64,000 nucleotides of DNA from Eledone cirrhosa (taxonomy: Eukaryota): the NCBI GenBank assembly GCA_964016885.1, contig OZ024741.1:282038001-282102000 (forward strand). The letters are read 5' to 3'. The notes under the pieces were generated by a model. The model did not search any database. It had not been told where the DNA came from and worked only from the letters and a program-made list of their open reading frames with translations. Of the stretch, positions 38,068 through 52,217 are shown piece after piece. A program made the translations under genes and the position numbers. Position 1 is the stretch's first letter. Each line of letters opens with the position of its first letter.

Positions 38068-40752
38068 CAATCAAAGATATGAAGACGGGTAAGGCGGCTG
38101 GGCCTTCGGAAATAGTTGCTGAGATGCTGAAAGCCTCCGGTACGGTGGGACACACCATGGTCACCCGGATAGTAAACCAAGTCATACAGAATGGGGTTGT
38201 TCCGAAGGACTGGCGTAGCAGCATCATCGTTAACTGTTACAAGGGTAAAGGAGACGCCCTAGATAGGAGTAACTATAGAGGCATTAAATTAATCGACCAG
38301 GTCATGAAGGTCACGGAAAAAGTAATAGCGCAACTAATCAGAGACAGAATTGATCTAGATGAAATGCAGTTCGGGTTTGTGTCAGGCAAAAGTACCACAG
38401 ATGCTCTTTTCATTGTACGACAACTACAGGAGAAGTATCTAGCTAAAAGTAAACCCCTATACTTAGCTTTTGTCGACTTGGAGAAAGCCTTCGACAGAGT
38501 CCCCCGTTCCATTATCTGGTGGGCTCTTAGAAAACTAGGTGTTGACGAATGGCTTGTGAGAGCCATACAAGCCATGTATAAAGAAACAGTCAGCAAGGTT
38601 AGAATTAACAACGAATATAGTGAAGAGTTTAGCGTAAAAGTTGGTGTCCATCAGAGCTCTGTTCTTAGCCCCCTACTATTTATTATTGCCCTTCAGGCTA
38701 TAACAGAGGAGTTCAAGACCGGCTGCCCATGGGAACTCCTATACGCAGATGATCTAACGCTCATAGCTGAATCAATGGCCGAGCTAGAGAAGAAATTCCA
38801 AACATGGAAGCACGGCCTAGAATCAAAAGGCCTTAAAATTAACCTGGCTAAGACTAAAGTTCTAGTTTGTAGGAAAGAAAATAAGGCGCCGGTCCCCTCC
38901 GGGAAATGGCCATGCTCAGTGTGTAGGAAAGGCGTAGGTAGAAACTCCATTTTATGTCCCGAATGCAAAGTATGGGTGCATAAAAGATGTAGTGGGATCA
39001 CAGGTAAGCTAACTAAGAACACAGATTTTACATGTGGCCGGTGCTCTGGTGCAATAAGTAGCAGCAAGTGCCCACAAAATACTAACTCTTTCAATTGCGC
39101 AGAGGGTTCTATAGAAATAGTGGACAGCTTCTGTTACCTGGGTGACAAAATCAGCAGTGGGGGAGGGTGCTCTGAAAGTACAGTAGCTAGAGTCAGAACT
39201 GGATGGAAAAAGTTCAGAGAGCTTATACCACTATTAGCCGCTAAAGGGTTCTCCCTAAAAATGAAAGGCAGGTTGTATGATGTCTGCATACGAACAGCAA
39301 TGTTGCATGGCAGTGAGACCTGGGCATTGTGTGCAGAGGATATACACAGACTAGAGAGGAACGAAGCTTGCATGCTCCGCTGGATGTGTAATAGTAATAT
39401 ACGTGAACGGCAAAGCATAGACGAACTAAGGAAAAAATTAGAAATAAGAGGGATCAGATGTTGTTTACTCGAGAGAAGGCTACGTTGGTATGGTCACGTG
39501 ATGCGCATGAAAGACGACAGCTGTATAACAAAGTGCAGGGCAATAAAGATAGATGGTAGCCACGGAGTAGGCAGACCCAGGAAAACCTGGGATGAGCTGA
39601 TAAATTCCGACCTCACACACTTACACCTCTCCAAGACAATGTCACTGGACCGAGACCTTTGGCGGTACTCAGTAACAGAGAAGACCCGCCTTACCTAAAT
39701 ACAAAGTAAAACCTACTAGTCAGTAGGCATCTCTAACAAAATACACCCCCGTCCCACCCCATCCACACCGTCCCCTTCAATGCAAAGTTATGTTGGTGCC
39801 ACAACATCCAGGCCGAAACAAACGAGATCGTGTAGGTGTCACGACAAAAAAAACACACAGTCCACGCTGTAATGTGGCCGTGTAGGCAACACGGTAAAAA
39901 CCTCCCAGACCCACACTGTAAATGTGGTTGGTGTTAGGAAGGGCATCCAGCTGTAGAAAACACGCCAGACAGTCCACGCTGTAATGTGGCCGTGTAGGCA
40001 ACACGGTAAAAACCTCCCAGTCCCACACTGTAAATGTGGTTTGTGTTAGGAAGGGCACCCAGCTGTAGAAAACACGCCAGACAGTCCACGCTGTAATGTG
40101 GCCGTGTAGGCAACACGGTAAAAACCTCCCAGTCCCACACTGTAAATGTGGTTGGTGTTAGGAAGGGCATCCAGCTGTAGAAAACACGCCAGACAGTCCA
40201 CGCTGTAATGTGGCCGTGTAGGCAACACGGTAAAAACCTCCCAGTCCCACACTGTAAATGTGGTTGGTGTTAGGAAGGGCATCCAGCTGTAGAAAACACG
40301 CCAGACAGTCCACGCTGTAATGTGGCGTTTAGGCAACACGGTAAAAACCTCCCAGCCCCACACTGTAAATGTGGTTGGTGTTAGGAAGGGCATCCAGCTG
40401 TAGAAAACACGCCAGACAGTCCACGCTGTAATGTGGCGTTTAGGCAACACGGTAAAAACCTCCCAGTCCCACACTGTAAATGTGGTTGGTGTTAGGAAGG
40501 GCATCCAGCTGTAGAAAACACGCCAGACAGTCCACGCTGTAATGTGGCGTTTAGGCAACACGGTAAAAACCTACCAGCATCACACTAAATGTGGTTGGTG
40601 TTAGGAAGGGCATCCAGCTGTAGAAAATCCGCCAGACAGTCCTATGCGAGCAAGACAACCAGTCTTGCCTCAAGTGGGAAAACCCCCGTCCAAACCCATG
40701 CAAGCGTGGAACAGGGACGTTAAACGATGATGATGATGATGATGATGATGAT
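38068..40752 (+). mobile_element. RTE-clade LINE family A, 5'-truncated, RT frame open (38079-39698)
   Basis: KAAGPS, YKGKGD..NYRGIKL, QFGF, DLEKAFD, YADD, PHD finger, GRPRKTW; amplified 3'UTR; (GAT)n tail. Confidence 0.95.
39858..40636 (+). repeat. Seven tandem copies of a ~112 bp unit in the RTE 3'UTR
   Basis: CAGTCCACGCTG starts at 39858, 39970, 40082, 40194, 40306, 40417 and 40528. Confidence 0.93.
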
Positions 40753-40777
40753 ATACACACATATATATATATATATA

Positions 40778-43393
40778 TCATCATCATCATCATCATCATC
40801 ACCGTTTTACGTCCGTTCTTCCACGCTAGCATGGGTTAGACGGGTTGTCCTGTTGTGGGCAGTGTCTGGTCGGCTGACCATGCCTTGCTCATACAGGAAC
40901 TGATCTGGCTTGATTTCTACAGCTGGATGCCCTTCCTAACACCAACCTCATTTACAGTGAGTGCTGGGTGCTTTTTCGTGGCGCCTACACGTCCACTTTA
41001 CAGTGTGGGCTGGGTGCTTTTTTGCCGTGGCACCTCCACGACCACCTTGCGGTGGGGGGGGGGGGGGGCATATTGTTTATATGCTTCAGCATGTACCCAT
41101 GGGAGGTCGGGTACCCTGTATTACTGCGTGACGCCAGAAGTCACGGTCGTGTGTCATTGACTTTGAGAGGTGTAGTTGGGTAAGGTCGGCTTTTATCACC
41201 TCATCCCAAGTCATCTTGGGTCTCCCCACTCCGCGGTTTCCATCAACTTCTAGTGCTCTGCACCTTTTTATGCAGCTGTCATCCTTCATACGCATCACAT
41301 GTCCATACCAGCGTAACCGCCTCTCCTGCACGCAGCATTTGATTCCTCTTATGCTCAGTCTCTCTCTCAATTCATTTATGCTTTGTCGTTCACGTATATT
41401 ACTGTTACACATCCATCGGAGCATGCAGGCTTCGTTTCTCTCTAATCTACGTAAGTCTTCCACCTTCAGCGCCCAGGTCTCACTACCATGCAACATCGCT
41501 GTTCGGATACACGCATCATACAGTCTGCCTTTCATTCTGAGGGAGAAGCCTTTTGCAGCTAGCAGTGGTAGTAGTTCCCTAAACTTCTTCCATCCCGTTC
41601 TTACCCTAGTTATTGTACTTTCTGAGCACCCACCTCCGTTGCTAATTCGGTCACCTAGGTAGCAGAAGCTGTCTACTGTTTCTACAGGGCCCTCCCAGAG
41701 ATTGGTGGTACTTGTTTCCTGTGGCTGTTTGCTTGCTGTTTCAGCACAGCTGCTGCATGTGAATCCTACATTCTTAATTAAGCTTCCTGAGATCCCGCTA
41801 CATCTCTTGTGTACCCATTGTTTGCATTTGGGGCAAAGAATGGAGTTCCTACCTACACCTTTCCTACATACTGAGCAAGGCCATTTCCCTGAGGGGATCT
41901 GGGTTCTGTTTTCTCGTCTACTTATAAGGACCTTAGTCTTTGTCATGTTGACTTTGAGGCCCTTTCTCTCTAGTCCCTGCTTCCAGGTTTGGAATTTATT
42001 CTCTAGTTCTACCATAGATTCAGCTATGAGTGCGAGGTCATCAGCATACAGGAGTTCCCATGGGCATCCGGTCTTAAACTCCTCCGTTATTGCCTGCAGG
42101 ACTATGATGAACAGGAGAGGGCTAAGAACAGAGCCCTGGTGGACCCCAACCTGTACGCTAAATTCCTCGCTATACTCATTGCCAATCCTAACTTTGCTGA
42201 CTGCTCCCCTATACATGGCTTGTACCGCTTTCACAAGCCATTCATCTACTCCTAGTTTTCTAAGAGCCCACCAGATTACTGCACGTGGAACTCTGTCAAA
42301 GGCTTTCTCAAGGTCGACAAATGCCAAGTAGAGTGGCTTACTTTTAGCTAGGTACTTTTCCTGTAATTGCCTCACAAGGAAGAGCGCATCAGTGGTGCCT
42401 TTCCCTGGTACAAACCCAAATTGCATCTCGTCTATATTCACCCGGTCCCTAATCAGCTGTGCTATAACTCTTTCTGTTACTTTCATGACCTGGTCCATCA
42501 ACTTTATACCTCTATAGTTTCCTCTATCTAGTGCATCGCCTTTACCTTTGTAGCAGTTGACAATGATGCTACTGCACCAATCTTTTGGTATGGCCGCCTC
42601 TAGTATTACCTGGTTAACGATACGTGTGGTTATAGTGTGACCTACAGACCCAGATGCCTTCAGCATCTCGGCAGCTATACCCGATGGACCGGTTGCCTTC
42701 CCTATCTTCATATCTCTGATTGCCTTACTTACTACGCTGCCGCTGACTTGTACTGCTGGTCCCTCTATAGGGTCTACGTGGGGTCGGGTCTCTTCTTCCC
42801 ATGCATTCTCCTCATTTAGTAATCTATCATAATGACTCTTCCATGCATCTTTCTTCTCAGCACTTGTGAGGGCAAGCTCACCTTTATCATTCCGGATACA
42901 CTTCTCTCCAATGACATCACAACTATCTCTGACACACTGCCTCGCAATCTTGAATACCTCCTGTTTCTGGTCCTCACGTTGTAAAACATGCTTGAATTTT
43001 CTATCCTCTGCTTCCCTCCTAGCTAAGTATACTTGTCGCCTAGCTTCCCTCTTGGTCTCTATGTAATGTACCCTGCTCCCCCCGTTCTTCCATTCTTTCC
43101 ATGCCTGTCTCTTGGCCTTGACTGCTTCATCTACCTTATTGTTCCACCACCAAGTCACTCTCCTCCTGCTTGAGGTCTTACTCCAGCCACAAACCTCATC
43201 CGTCGCCTCTAGTAAGTTATTTTTTAGGAACTCCCAGTTCTCTTCTACGTTAAATGTCTCTATCTGTTCTTCTTTACTGTCGTAGGCGTTGAGTAAAATA
43301 TCTTTAAATCTGTTACTGGTTGAGGGGACTTTCAGCTTCCAGATCTTTCTTCTCCAGGTTGGCCTCTGTTTCAGGGCTCGTCTAGTTCTGACA
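40778..43393 (-). mobile_element. RTE-clade LINE family B, 5'-truncated, long open frame (41086 to about 43390)
   Basis: Linker (TWWWN), full RT, PHD finger, C-terminal GRPKMTW; APE domain missing; (GAT)n tail; tail-to-tail with the family A copy. Confidence 0.95.
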
Positions 43394-43410
43394 CATATAT
43401 ATATATACAC

Positions 43411-43443
<33 letters not shown>

Positions 43444-43496
43444 TATATATACACATATATATATATACACACATATATATATATACACATATATAT

Positions 43497-44115
43497 ATAA
43501 CTTTGAAATGTTTTGGCCAGTATTGGCCCAGGCCATGTCTAACTTAATAGCACCACCTGGCGAAGTCTTTCAATTCAGGATTTGGGCACCATGGCCCATT
43601 CGAGAAGAGAATTACTGTTTGCGGAGACATATCCGGGTGTGGGTGGTTTGTCCGGGATTACTTGGAGGAATTTGTCCAAAGACTTCTTGAATTTTGTGTG
43701 GTCAGTTTCTGTTTTGACGTGTCCTGGTGTGATGTTGAAGAGAGCAGGGCCAATTGAGGTGAAATAATTGAGCCGTATTGTTGTTATGTGTTGCGATTTA
43801 GATTTTTGTTTGGGACGGATAGCACGGGGCCCAAGCCTTGGGTGTATTTTGAAGGTGATGCCAACATCATTTGGGCAGTGCTGATGAAACATTTTCCACA
43901 TCATGCAGATAATATAAAGCTCACGGCGACGTTGGAGTGAGTAAAGTTTCAGCTTTTCTAGTCGACCCCAGTAGTCAAGGTCTGACATGCCATCTATCTT
44001 TTTCGTGATTGCCCTTTGGGGAGCTTCAAGTTTCATGATACTTTGTTTCGTGGGGGGGGGGGGGGGGCGACCACAGAGGACAACAGTGTTCAAGGTGTGG
44101 TCGGGCAAAAGTGGA
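43497..44115 (-). mobile_element. CR1/L2-group LINE 3' fragment
   Basis: LEAPQRAITKKIDGMSDLDYWGRLEKLKLYSLQRRRE..GPALFN..FKKSLDKFL; short 3'UTR running into (TA)n. Confidence 0.8.
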
Positions 44116-44127
44116 GAAGAGAAGGAT

Positions 44128-44445
44128 AATGATATGAAGGTTAAAAACACTTGTGGATAGTGCAGTTTTAAATCAACATATCATGATATGTTCATTTAAA
44201 ACTGCACTATCCACAAGTGTTTTTAACCTTCATATCATATCTTCCTATTTTATCTGATGAAAACACAAATGTTATTGCATGATGATATTTGTTTTTGAAA
44301 TGCGCATAATAAAATACATGGAACTCTTTTAACCATCTTTTGATCTTATATGTTATGTATACTCCAGTCCTACAAACTATAGAGTGCTTCTTAACCGTTA
44401 TCTGCATTGGCTTATTGTACTACAATAAAACTCACCTCCTACATA
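44128..44445 (+). mobile_element. Solo PLE-1 pLTR with 5' fold-back (~55 bp arms)
   Basis: Palindrome centred on CATATCATGATATG (about 44184), then hammerhead, AATAAA and (TA)n. Confidence 0.8.
44248..44314 (+). ncRNA. Type I hammerhead ribozyme (family 1)
   Basis: ttttat-CTGATGA-aaacacaaat...atttgttttt-GAAA-TGCGCA-TA-ataaaa. Confidence 0.85.
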
Positions 44446-44471
44446 TGTATATATATATATATATATATGTG

Positions 44472-44504
<33 letters not shown>

Positions 44505-44505
44505 G

Positions 44506-44637
<132 letters not shown>

Positions 44638-46809
44638 TTGTTATATTTGGGGAGGGTCATATTTGCGTAATATTGCCAGAATTAATAACAGAACACACTC
44701 ACTGTTTGGTTGGTTTTCGCTTCTCGCTGTCTTTTATATATATATATCTGCGATCTAACTTACTCGGTCCTCAATGTTGCCATTGACTGACCGGCGGTCA
44801 AAAATAATACAGATACAATATAGACACAAACACATATATATAGTTTACATAATTTACATAAATCTTTCGTTGCACATCTGCAACATCGTCAGTGGTGTTA
44901 TATTCATTGTTCCTCCTGTTGTGTTGTATGTCTACGCCATTTTTTTTGTTCAGTCTGTCTATATATTTATTTATTTATTTGCTTGTTTGTTTATCTTATT
45001 TTATTTTGTCTTCTTTGCGCATGCGTTTGCGTGTGTGTATAGTGTTATGTGTGATGTGTGACTAGTGTGTATAGTGTTGTGTCTGCTGGGTGACTAGTGT
45101 GTGTTTATGTGCTTGTGTATGTATTTATTTATCTTATTTTATTTAATTTTATTTACTTATTTATACTTCTCTTAGGTCAGTGTTGTTTGTTTGGGTGTTG
45201 TTGTTGTTCCACTCATTCTTTCTGTTTAGCTTTGGTCTTCTAATTTCTATTTCACTGGCCTCTCTGATTTGCCTATCTGCTGGGTCATTCCTATGTTTAG
45301 ATATTATTCTAATTTCTATGTTGTCTATGTTACCGTCATGTTGTTGTCTAGCATGTTCGTATAGTACTGACCCGTTTTTTCGTCCTTTTAGTTCCCCCCA
45401 GTGTTGGTCTATCCTTTCACCTATGCTACGAGCTGTCTCACCTATGTATGTTGTTGTCATGTTTCTGCAAGTACCCTCTGTACATCTTATGCTATAGACT
45501 ACGTTTCTAGTTTTACAGTTTATCCGGGGGTTCACCTTACAAATGATACATTTCCTATTGGTACAGTGGGTTTTCTTAAAAGGGTAGGTTTTGCTGATCA
45601 GGGATTTTATGGTGGTTCCTGGCTTTTCTACCACCTTTATTTTTAAGTGGGTCTTTCTCAGGGCCTTTCTACACTGGTTAGCTAATTTCCCTCCAGGGGT
45701 GGCGTCCACAAACATGACACTCTGATATCTCTGGTTGTCGTACCATGATGTGGCCTTCCCTATCTTATGTCTAGCCCTATCTAAGCTATTCCATGATTTG
45801 CTCCTGTATAGTGGGCAAATTCCTTTCATGTCCAGTTCTATGAGGGTCTTATACTTTTCTATGGCTCCTTCGTATACTCTGACTCTGTCTCTTTGGTTGT
45901 AGCCAGAGAACTGCATGCGGTTGATGAAGTGTTGGATGTGTCCTTCCATTTCTGTTGGGTCGCACATGCTGGACACATTCTTCATCACTCGTACCAAATC
46001 TGCGATCAGAATATTAAACTTAGCACTACTGGACATTGCTGAGTTTTTGAGTATCAGGTATTTGGAGGCCATGGGTTTAGCATAGTGTGAGTGGAGAATT
46101 TGGGCTCTCTCGTCTATAGTGTTAATCCAGAGTTCTGTGTCTAATACAGGTAGTCTATTGTTAGGGTGTTTGGAAGGGAAGTCTATAGTTACAGTTATAC
46201 TCTGGTGTATGGAATTAGCTATCTGCTGGATGCTTTCCATCGTGCTACGTTCTAAATCAAACTTGTTAGTGCTCTCTAGTGGGGGTGTTCTTATAACTAT
46301 ATTGATATCGTCTACATAACGAGAGTACATGATGAGGTCTATGGAGCTTTCATTAAGGAGATCTTTAAGTCTCCTTTCCCACCATACCATGAAAAGGTTG
46401 GCAACATCACCAGCTATGCTGACGCCGATGGCTGCTCCCTCATTTTGGGTGTAGATTTTCTCATTGAACTTAAATATGTGGCCCTTTAGGGTAGTTTTGA
46501 TACTAGCCCCTATTGCATGTGCGACCATTTTTCTTACCTGATCAGTGTTTTGGGGGGTCCGTATAGCTTTGGTCCACCCAATCCACCTTCCTATGGGAGT
46601 CTTTTTAGCCATTGAGGTTATGGTGGGGGGTCTACCTCTTGTAGGTCTACTAGGGCAGAAACATCTAAGGTCATGGCTGTCTAGGTAGTCAGTGTCGTAG
46701 GTAAGTCTCAGTAGGAGGCCCAGTTCATCTGTGTCGACGTCGCAGAACTCCACCTCACTCTCAATGATCATCTCCACACATCTTTTCACAGCAAAATCAA
46801 TGTTAAATC

Positions 46810-46810
<1 letters not shown>
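44638..46810 (-). mobile_element. Penelope-like element 2 (RT + GIY-YIG), 5'-truncated, with 3' pLTR
   Basis: ORF 45161-46789: YTQNEGAAIG, YSRYVDD, LPVLD, YAKPMAS, C..CIIC..C, VVYSIRC..YIGETARSIGERIDQH, R.IREA..I....P.LN; hammerhead-like core at 44857-44895. Confidence 0.92.
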
Positions 46811-46843
<33 letters not shown>

Positions 46844-46850
<7 letters not shown>

Positions 46851-47866
46851 TAAAAAAATAATGAATAAAACAATGAAACAGTTCCTTATATTAAACAAAA
46901 AAAGTTCATTATTTAACGATCGTTTCTAGGATATATATGTGTTAGAATTGGCATGCATATTCAACAGATCTATGTACAAAATTATACAAAATTATACAAA
47001 CTATCAAAATATGACCTCTCCCTCCCCCCCCACCTAATTTCTGTATCTGGATCTAAATATGTGTGGCAGTGTTTATGTGCGTGCATTAATGTCCATATGC
47101 TTATGATAATAGTATATACACATATATATGTGTGTGGGGGTGTATGTGTGTATGTATGTTCGTGGTTATGTGTATGTTTATGCGTATACGCGCGTGTGTG
47201 TGTGAATGTACGAATATGTGTGAGTATATGAATGTGTGTATATATTTATTTTATATTTATGTGTGTATACGCATTTTATCTGTAGATTATAAACTTACAG
47301 AGACATTAGCCTTGAATTTTTGTATTTACATACATCTTTTTGGCATGCGTATGCATGTGAACATATATCTTTATGCATATCTGTGGACGAAGTTACTTAC
47401 ATGTATATACACACACCTAACTGTATAAACTTTTTGTATTTTCATTGGTCAATTTGAACTCTGTTCCCAAACGGACCTGAAATTTTGAATTGTTGTTATT
47501 ATCAATAAATATATTTCATTATTTCTGAAGACGGCATATATATGTGTTTGGTATGTATATTTAATTTTGATAGTTTGTATAATTTTGTATAATTTTGTAC
47601 ATAGATCTGTTGAATATGCATGCCAATTCTAACACATATATATCCTAGAAACGATCGTTAAATAATGAACTTTTTTTGTTTAATATAAGGAACTGTTTCA
47701 TTGTTTTATTCATTATTTTTTAAATATTTTATCTTGACTCTGTATTCCGTTTATCTTTCACCGAAAGTGATTTTTCATTGCATCTCTTCTTTCCATGATA
47801 TCCGGATTGCATTGAGTTCTTCATACGGATTGGACACTACCGTAAACTCTTGGTAGATTTATCTAC
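46844..47866 (+). mobile_element. Non-coding PLE-like pLTR with an inverted 5' copy
   Basis: 46844-47010 is the reverse complement of about 47563-47731; contains a hammerhead; (TA)n on both sides. Confidence 0.7.
47515..47669 (+). ncRNA. Type I hammerhead ribozyme (family 3) with very long stem II
   Basis: ttcattattt-CTGAAGA-[~115 nt hairpin]-GAAA-CGATCG-TT-aaataatgaa; 10-bp stem I. Confidence 0.8.
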
Positions 47867-47898
<32 letters not shown>

Positions 47899-47906
47899 TA
47901 TATATA

Positions 47907-48828
47907 TCATCATCATCATCATCACCGTTTTACGTCCGTTCTTCCACGCTAGCATGGGTTAGACGGGTTGTCCTGTTGTGGGCAGTGTCTGGTCGGCTGA
48001 CCATGCCTTGCTCATACAGGAACTGATCTGGCTTGATTTCTACAGCTGGATGCCCTTCCTAACACCAACCTCATTTACAGTGAGTGCTGGGTGCTTTGCT
48101 TTTTCGTGGCGCCTACACGTCCACTTTACAGTGTGGGCTGGGTGCTTTTTTGCCGTGGCCCCTCCACGACCACCTTGCGGTGGGGGGGGGGGGCATATTG
48201 TTTATATGCTTCAGCATGTACCCATGTGGGAGGTCGGGTACCCTGTATTACTGCGTGACGCCAGAAGTCACGGTCGTGTGTCATTGACTTTGAGAGGTGT
48301 AGTTGGGTAAGGTCGGCTTTTATCACCTCATCCCAAGTCATCTTGGGTCTCCCCACTCCGCGGTTTCCATCAACTTCTAGTGCTCTGCACCTTTTTATGC
48401 AGCTGTCATCCTTCATACGCATCACATGTCCATACCAGCGTAACCGCCTCTCCTGCACGCAGCATTTGATTCCTCTTATGCTCAGTCTCTCTCTCAATTC
48501 ATTTATGCTTTGTCGTTCACGTATATTACTGTTACACATCCATCGGAGCATGCAGGCTTCGTTTCTCTCTAATCTACGTAAGTCTTCCACCTTCAGCGCC
48601 CAGGTCTCACTACCATGCAACATCACTGTTCGGATACACGCATCATACAGTCTGCCTTTCATTCTGAGGGAGAAGCCTTTTGCAGCTAGCAGTGGTAGTA
48701 GTTCCCTAAACTTCTTCCATCCCGTTCTTACCCTAGTTATTGTACTTTCTGAGCACCCACCTCCGTTGCTAATTCGGTCACCTAGGTAGCAGAAGCTGTC
48801 TACTGTTTCTACAGGGCCCTCCCAGAGA
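47907..48828 (-). mobile_element. RTE family B 3' fragment
   Basis: Near-identical to 40778-41700; truncated directly into (TA)n. Confidence 0.93.
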
Positions 48829-50009
<1,181 letters not shown>

Positions 50010-50012
<3 letters not shown>

Positions 50013-51117
50013 CATAAATCATGTCCTTAGAATTATAAGATAAAATATATACTATTTCCTCTTCCAATTAGCATAATTAACCATATAAAAAATCAGTTAG
50101 ACCAAGCTATAAGAAGAAAGGCTCTTATGAAGAAATCTCCGACAAATAACCGAAAGTGGCCTCTTCGCGGTGGCCCCGATAGAGTATTTATCCAACATTT
50201 CGACAGCATGTAGAAACTGACTAAATATACCATCAACCATACACAATTAGGTGTAAAATTAAGCTTAGAAGAAATGTGTACATACCGTAATTATATCTCT
50301 ACCATGGTTTCATCCGTATTTTTAGACATCCAATTAATAGGAATGTGTTGAGTTAGGATTCATCAGAAGACAAACTCAAAATCAGACATTTAGTTTTCCA
50401 ACTTGATCGCTCCAAAATTAGATTAAAAAATGGCTAAGAATCGCTATGTGGCTGTGGTCAAGCTAGAAAGAATGTGATTGGTTGCTTACGGCGTGTAGGC
50501 TTGTTGCTAGAAAGTGCAGCCAAATATCACCAAATTGAATCTCAACCTAATGGGAGATTATTAAATATAAAGGTTTACATATACATAAAGTTATAGATAT
50601 ATATGCTGCAACCGGTCACTTTTAGGCACTACGAAGAATTAATAAATTAAATAATCAGAGCAATAATCAGAGCAATATATCATAAATCATGTCCTTAGAA
50701 TTATTAGATAAAATATATACTATTTCCTCTTCCAATTAACATAATTAATTGTGTATGGTTGATGGTATATTTAGTCAGTTTCTACATGCTGTCGAAATGT
50801 TGGATAAATACTCTATCGGGGCCACCGCGAAGAGGCCACTTTCGGTTATTTGTCGGAGATTTCTTCATAAGAGCCTTTCTTCTTATAGCTTGGTCTAATT
50901 GATTTTTTATATGGTTAATTATGCTAATTGGAAGAGGAAATAGTATATATCTTATCTAATAATTCTAAGGACATGATTTATGATATATTGCTCTGATTAT
51001 TTAATTTAGTAATTCTTCATAGAGCCTAAAAGTGACCGGTTGCAGCATATATATCTATAACTTTATGTATATGTAAACCTTTATATTTAATAATCTCCCG
51101 TTAGCTTGAGATTCAAT
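50010..51117. mobile_element. Non-coding PLE-like unit, partially tandem plus inverted
   Basis: Block 50010-50248 restarts in direct orientation at about 50680-50745 and recurs inverted at about 50745-50985; about 50515-50680 recurs inverted at 50985-51117. Confidence 0.75.
50296..50370 (-). ncRNA. Type I hammerhead ribozyme (family 4)
   Basis: tctt-CTGATGA-atcc...ggat-GAAA-CCATGG-TA-gaga. Confidence 0.8.
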
Positions 51118-51454
51118 AAAAAAGGTTTTTAAAGTAAAGAAATTCAAACACACACACACACACAAGCACACAAATAAACACACATATCTTTACTTTCTTT
51201 ATTCAATAGAAAATCTGAATTCTGACACCCCAGCGAACTAACCATATTCACTGAACCAGAACAATTCTCCCATCCCTTTCTCTTGACCATTATCTTTTAC
51301 TTATCAAAAAATTCTCTAAAAGGCTACAGAATGGATTTCCAAATAAGGGCACAACAATTTAATGAAAATTTGTTCACGTGACAGCCATAATTTCATTTAT
51401 AACCAACCAAAAAATAAGACTCCAGTTGCACTTTTGATTTCATCTCTTTTTCTT

Positions 51455-51505
<51 letters not shown>

Positions 51506-51518
51506 GTATATATATATG

Positions 51519-51583
<65 letters not shown>

Positions 51584-51647
51584 GTATATATATGTATATA
51601 TATATATATATGCAAGCGTGGAACACGGACGCTAAACCTGATGATGA

Positions 51648-51691
<44 letters not shown>

Positions 51692-51729
51692 TTCTACACA
51701 GGACTAGAACTGTTTCATTCTTTAGAATG

Positions 51730-51771
<42 letters not shown>

Positions 51772-52102
51772 CATCGGATTCATCTCGAAAGGTTTATTTT
51801 CTACTCGCTCATATATTCACCCAGCTTATACTGATAGATTATGTAGCTTATGTCTCTTCCTATCTTCGGTTAGCTTTCCTCTGTGTTGTTTACTTGTCTC
51901 ACTCGCTTTACGTGTTTTAATTGTCCTAATAACTTATTTTAGTTATTATTGCGCCAACGTGAGGTATAAGACTTTTAATGCAATGAAATACCTATGACCG
52001 TTGGTAAATCACTGATGAGGGACTCATTTTATAACATGTTATCCATGTGCAACCATGCAGTATTCTTCTCCCCATTTTTTCATATATATGTATATATATA
52101 TG

Positions 52103-52209
<107 letters not shown>

Positions 52210-52217
52210 GTATATAT

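Noticed and set aside
39858-40636. CRISPR-like regular array
   Set aside because: No unique spacers; tandem duplication within a LINE 3'UTR in eukaryotic DNA.
41216-42331. Plus-strand ORFs antisense to the RTE RT (also 30168-31108 and 53937-55301)
   Set aside because: Shadow frames of the LINE coding strand.
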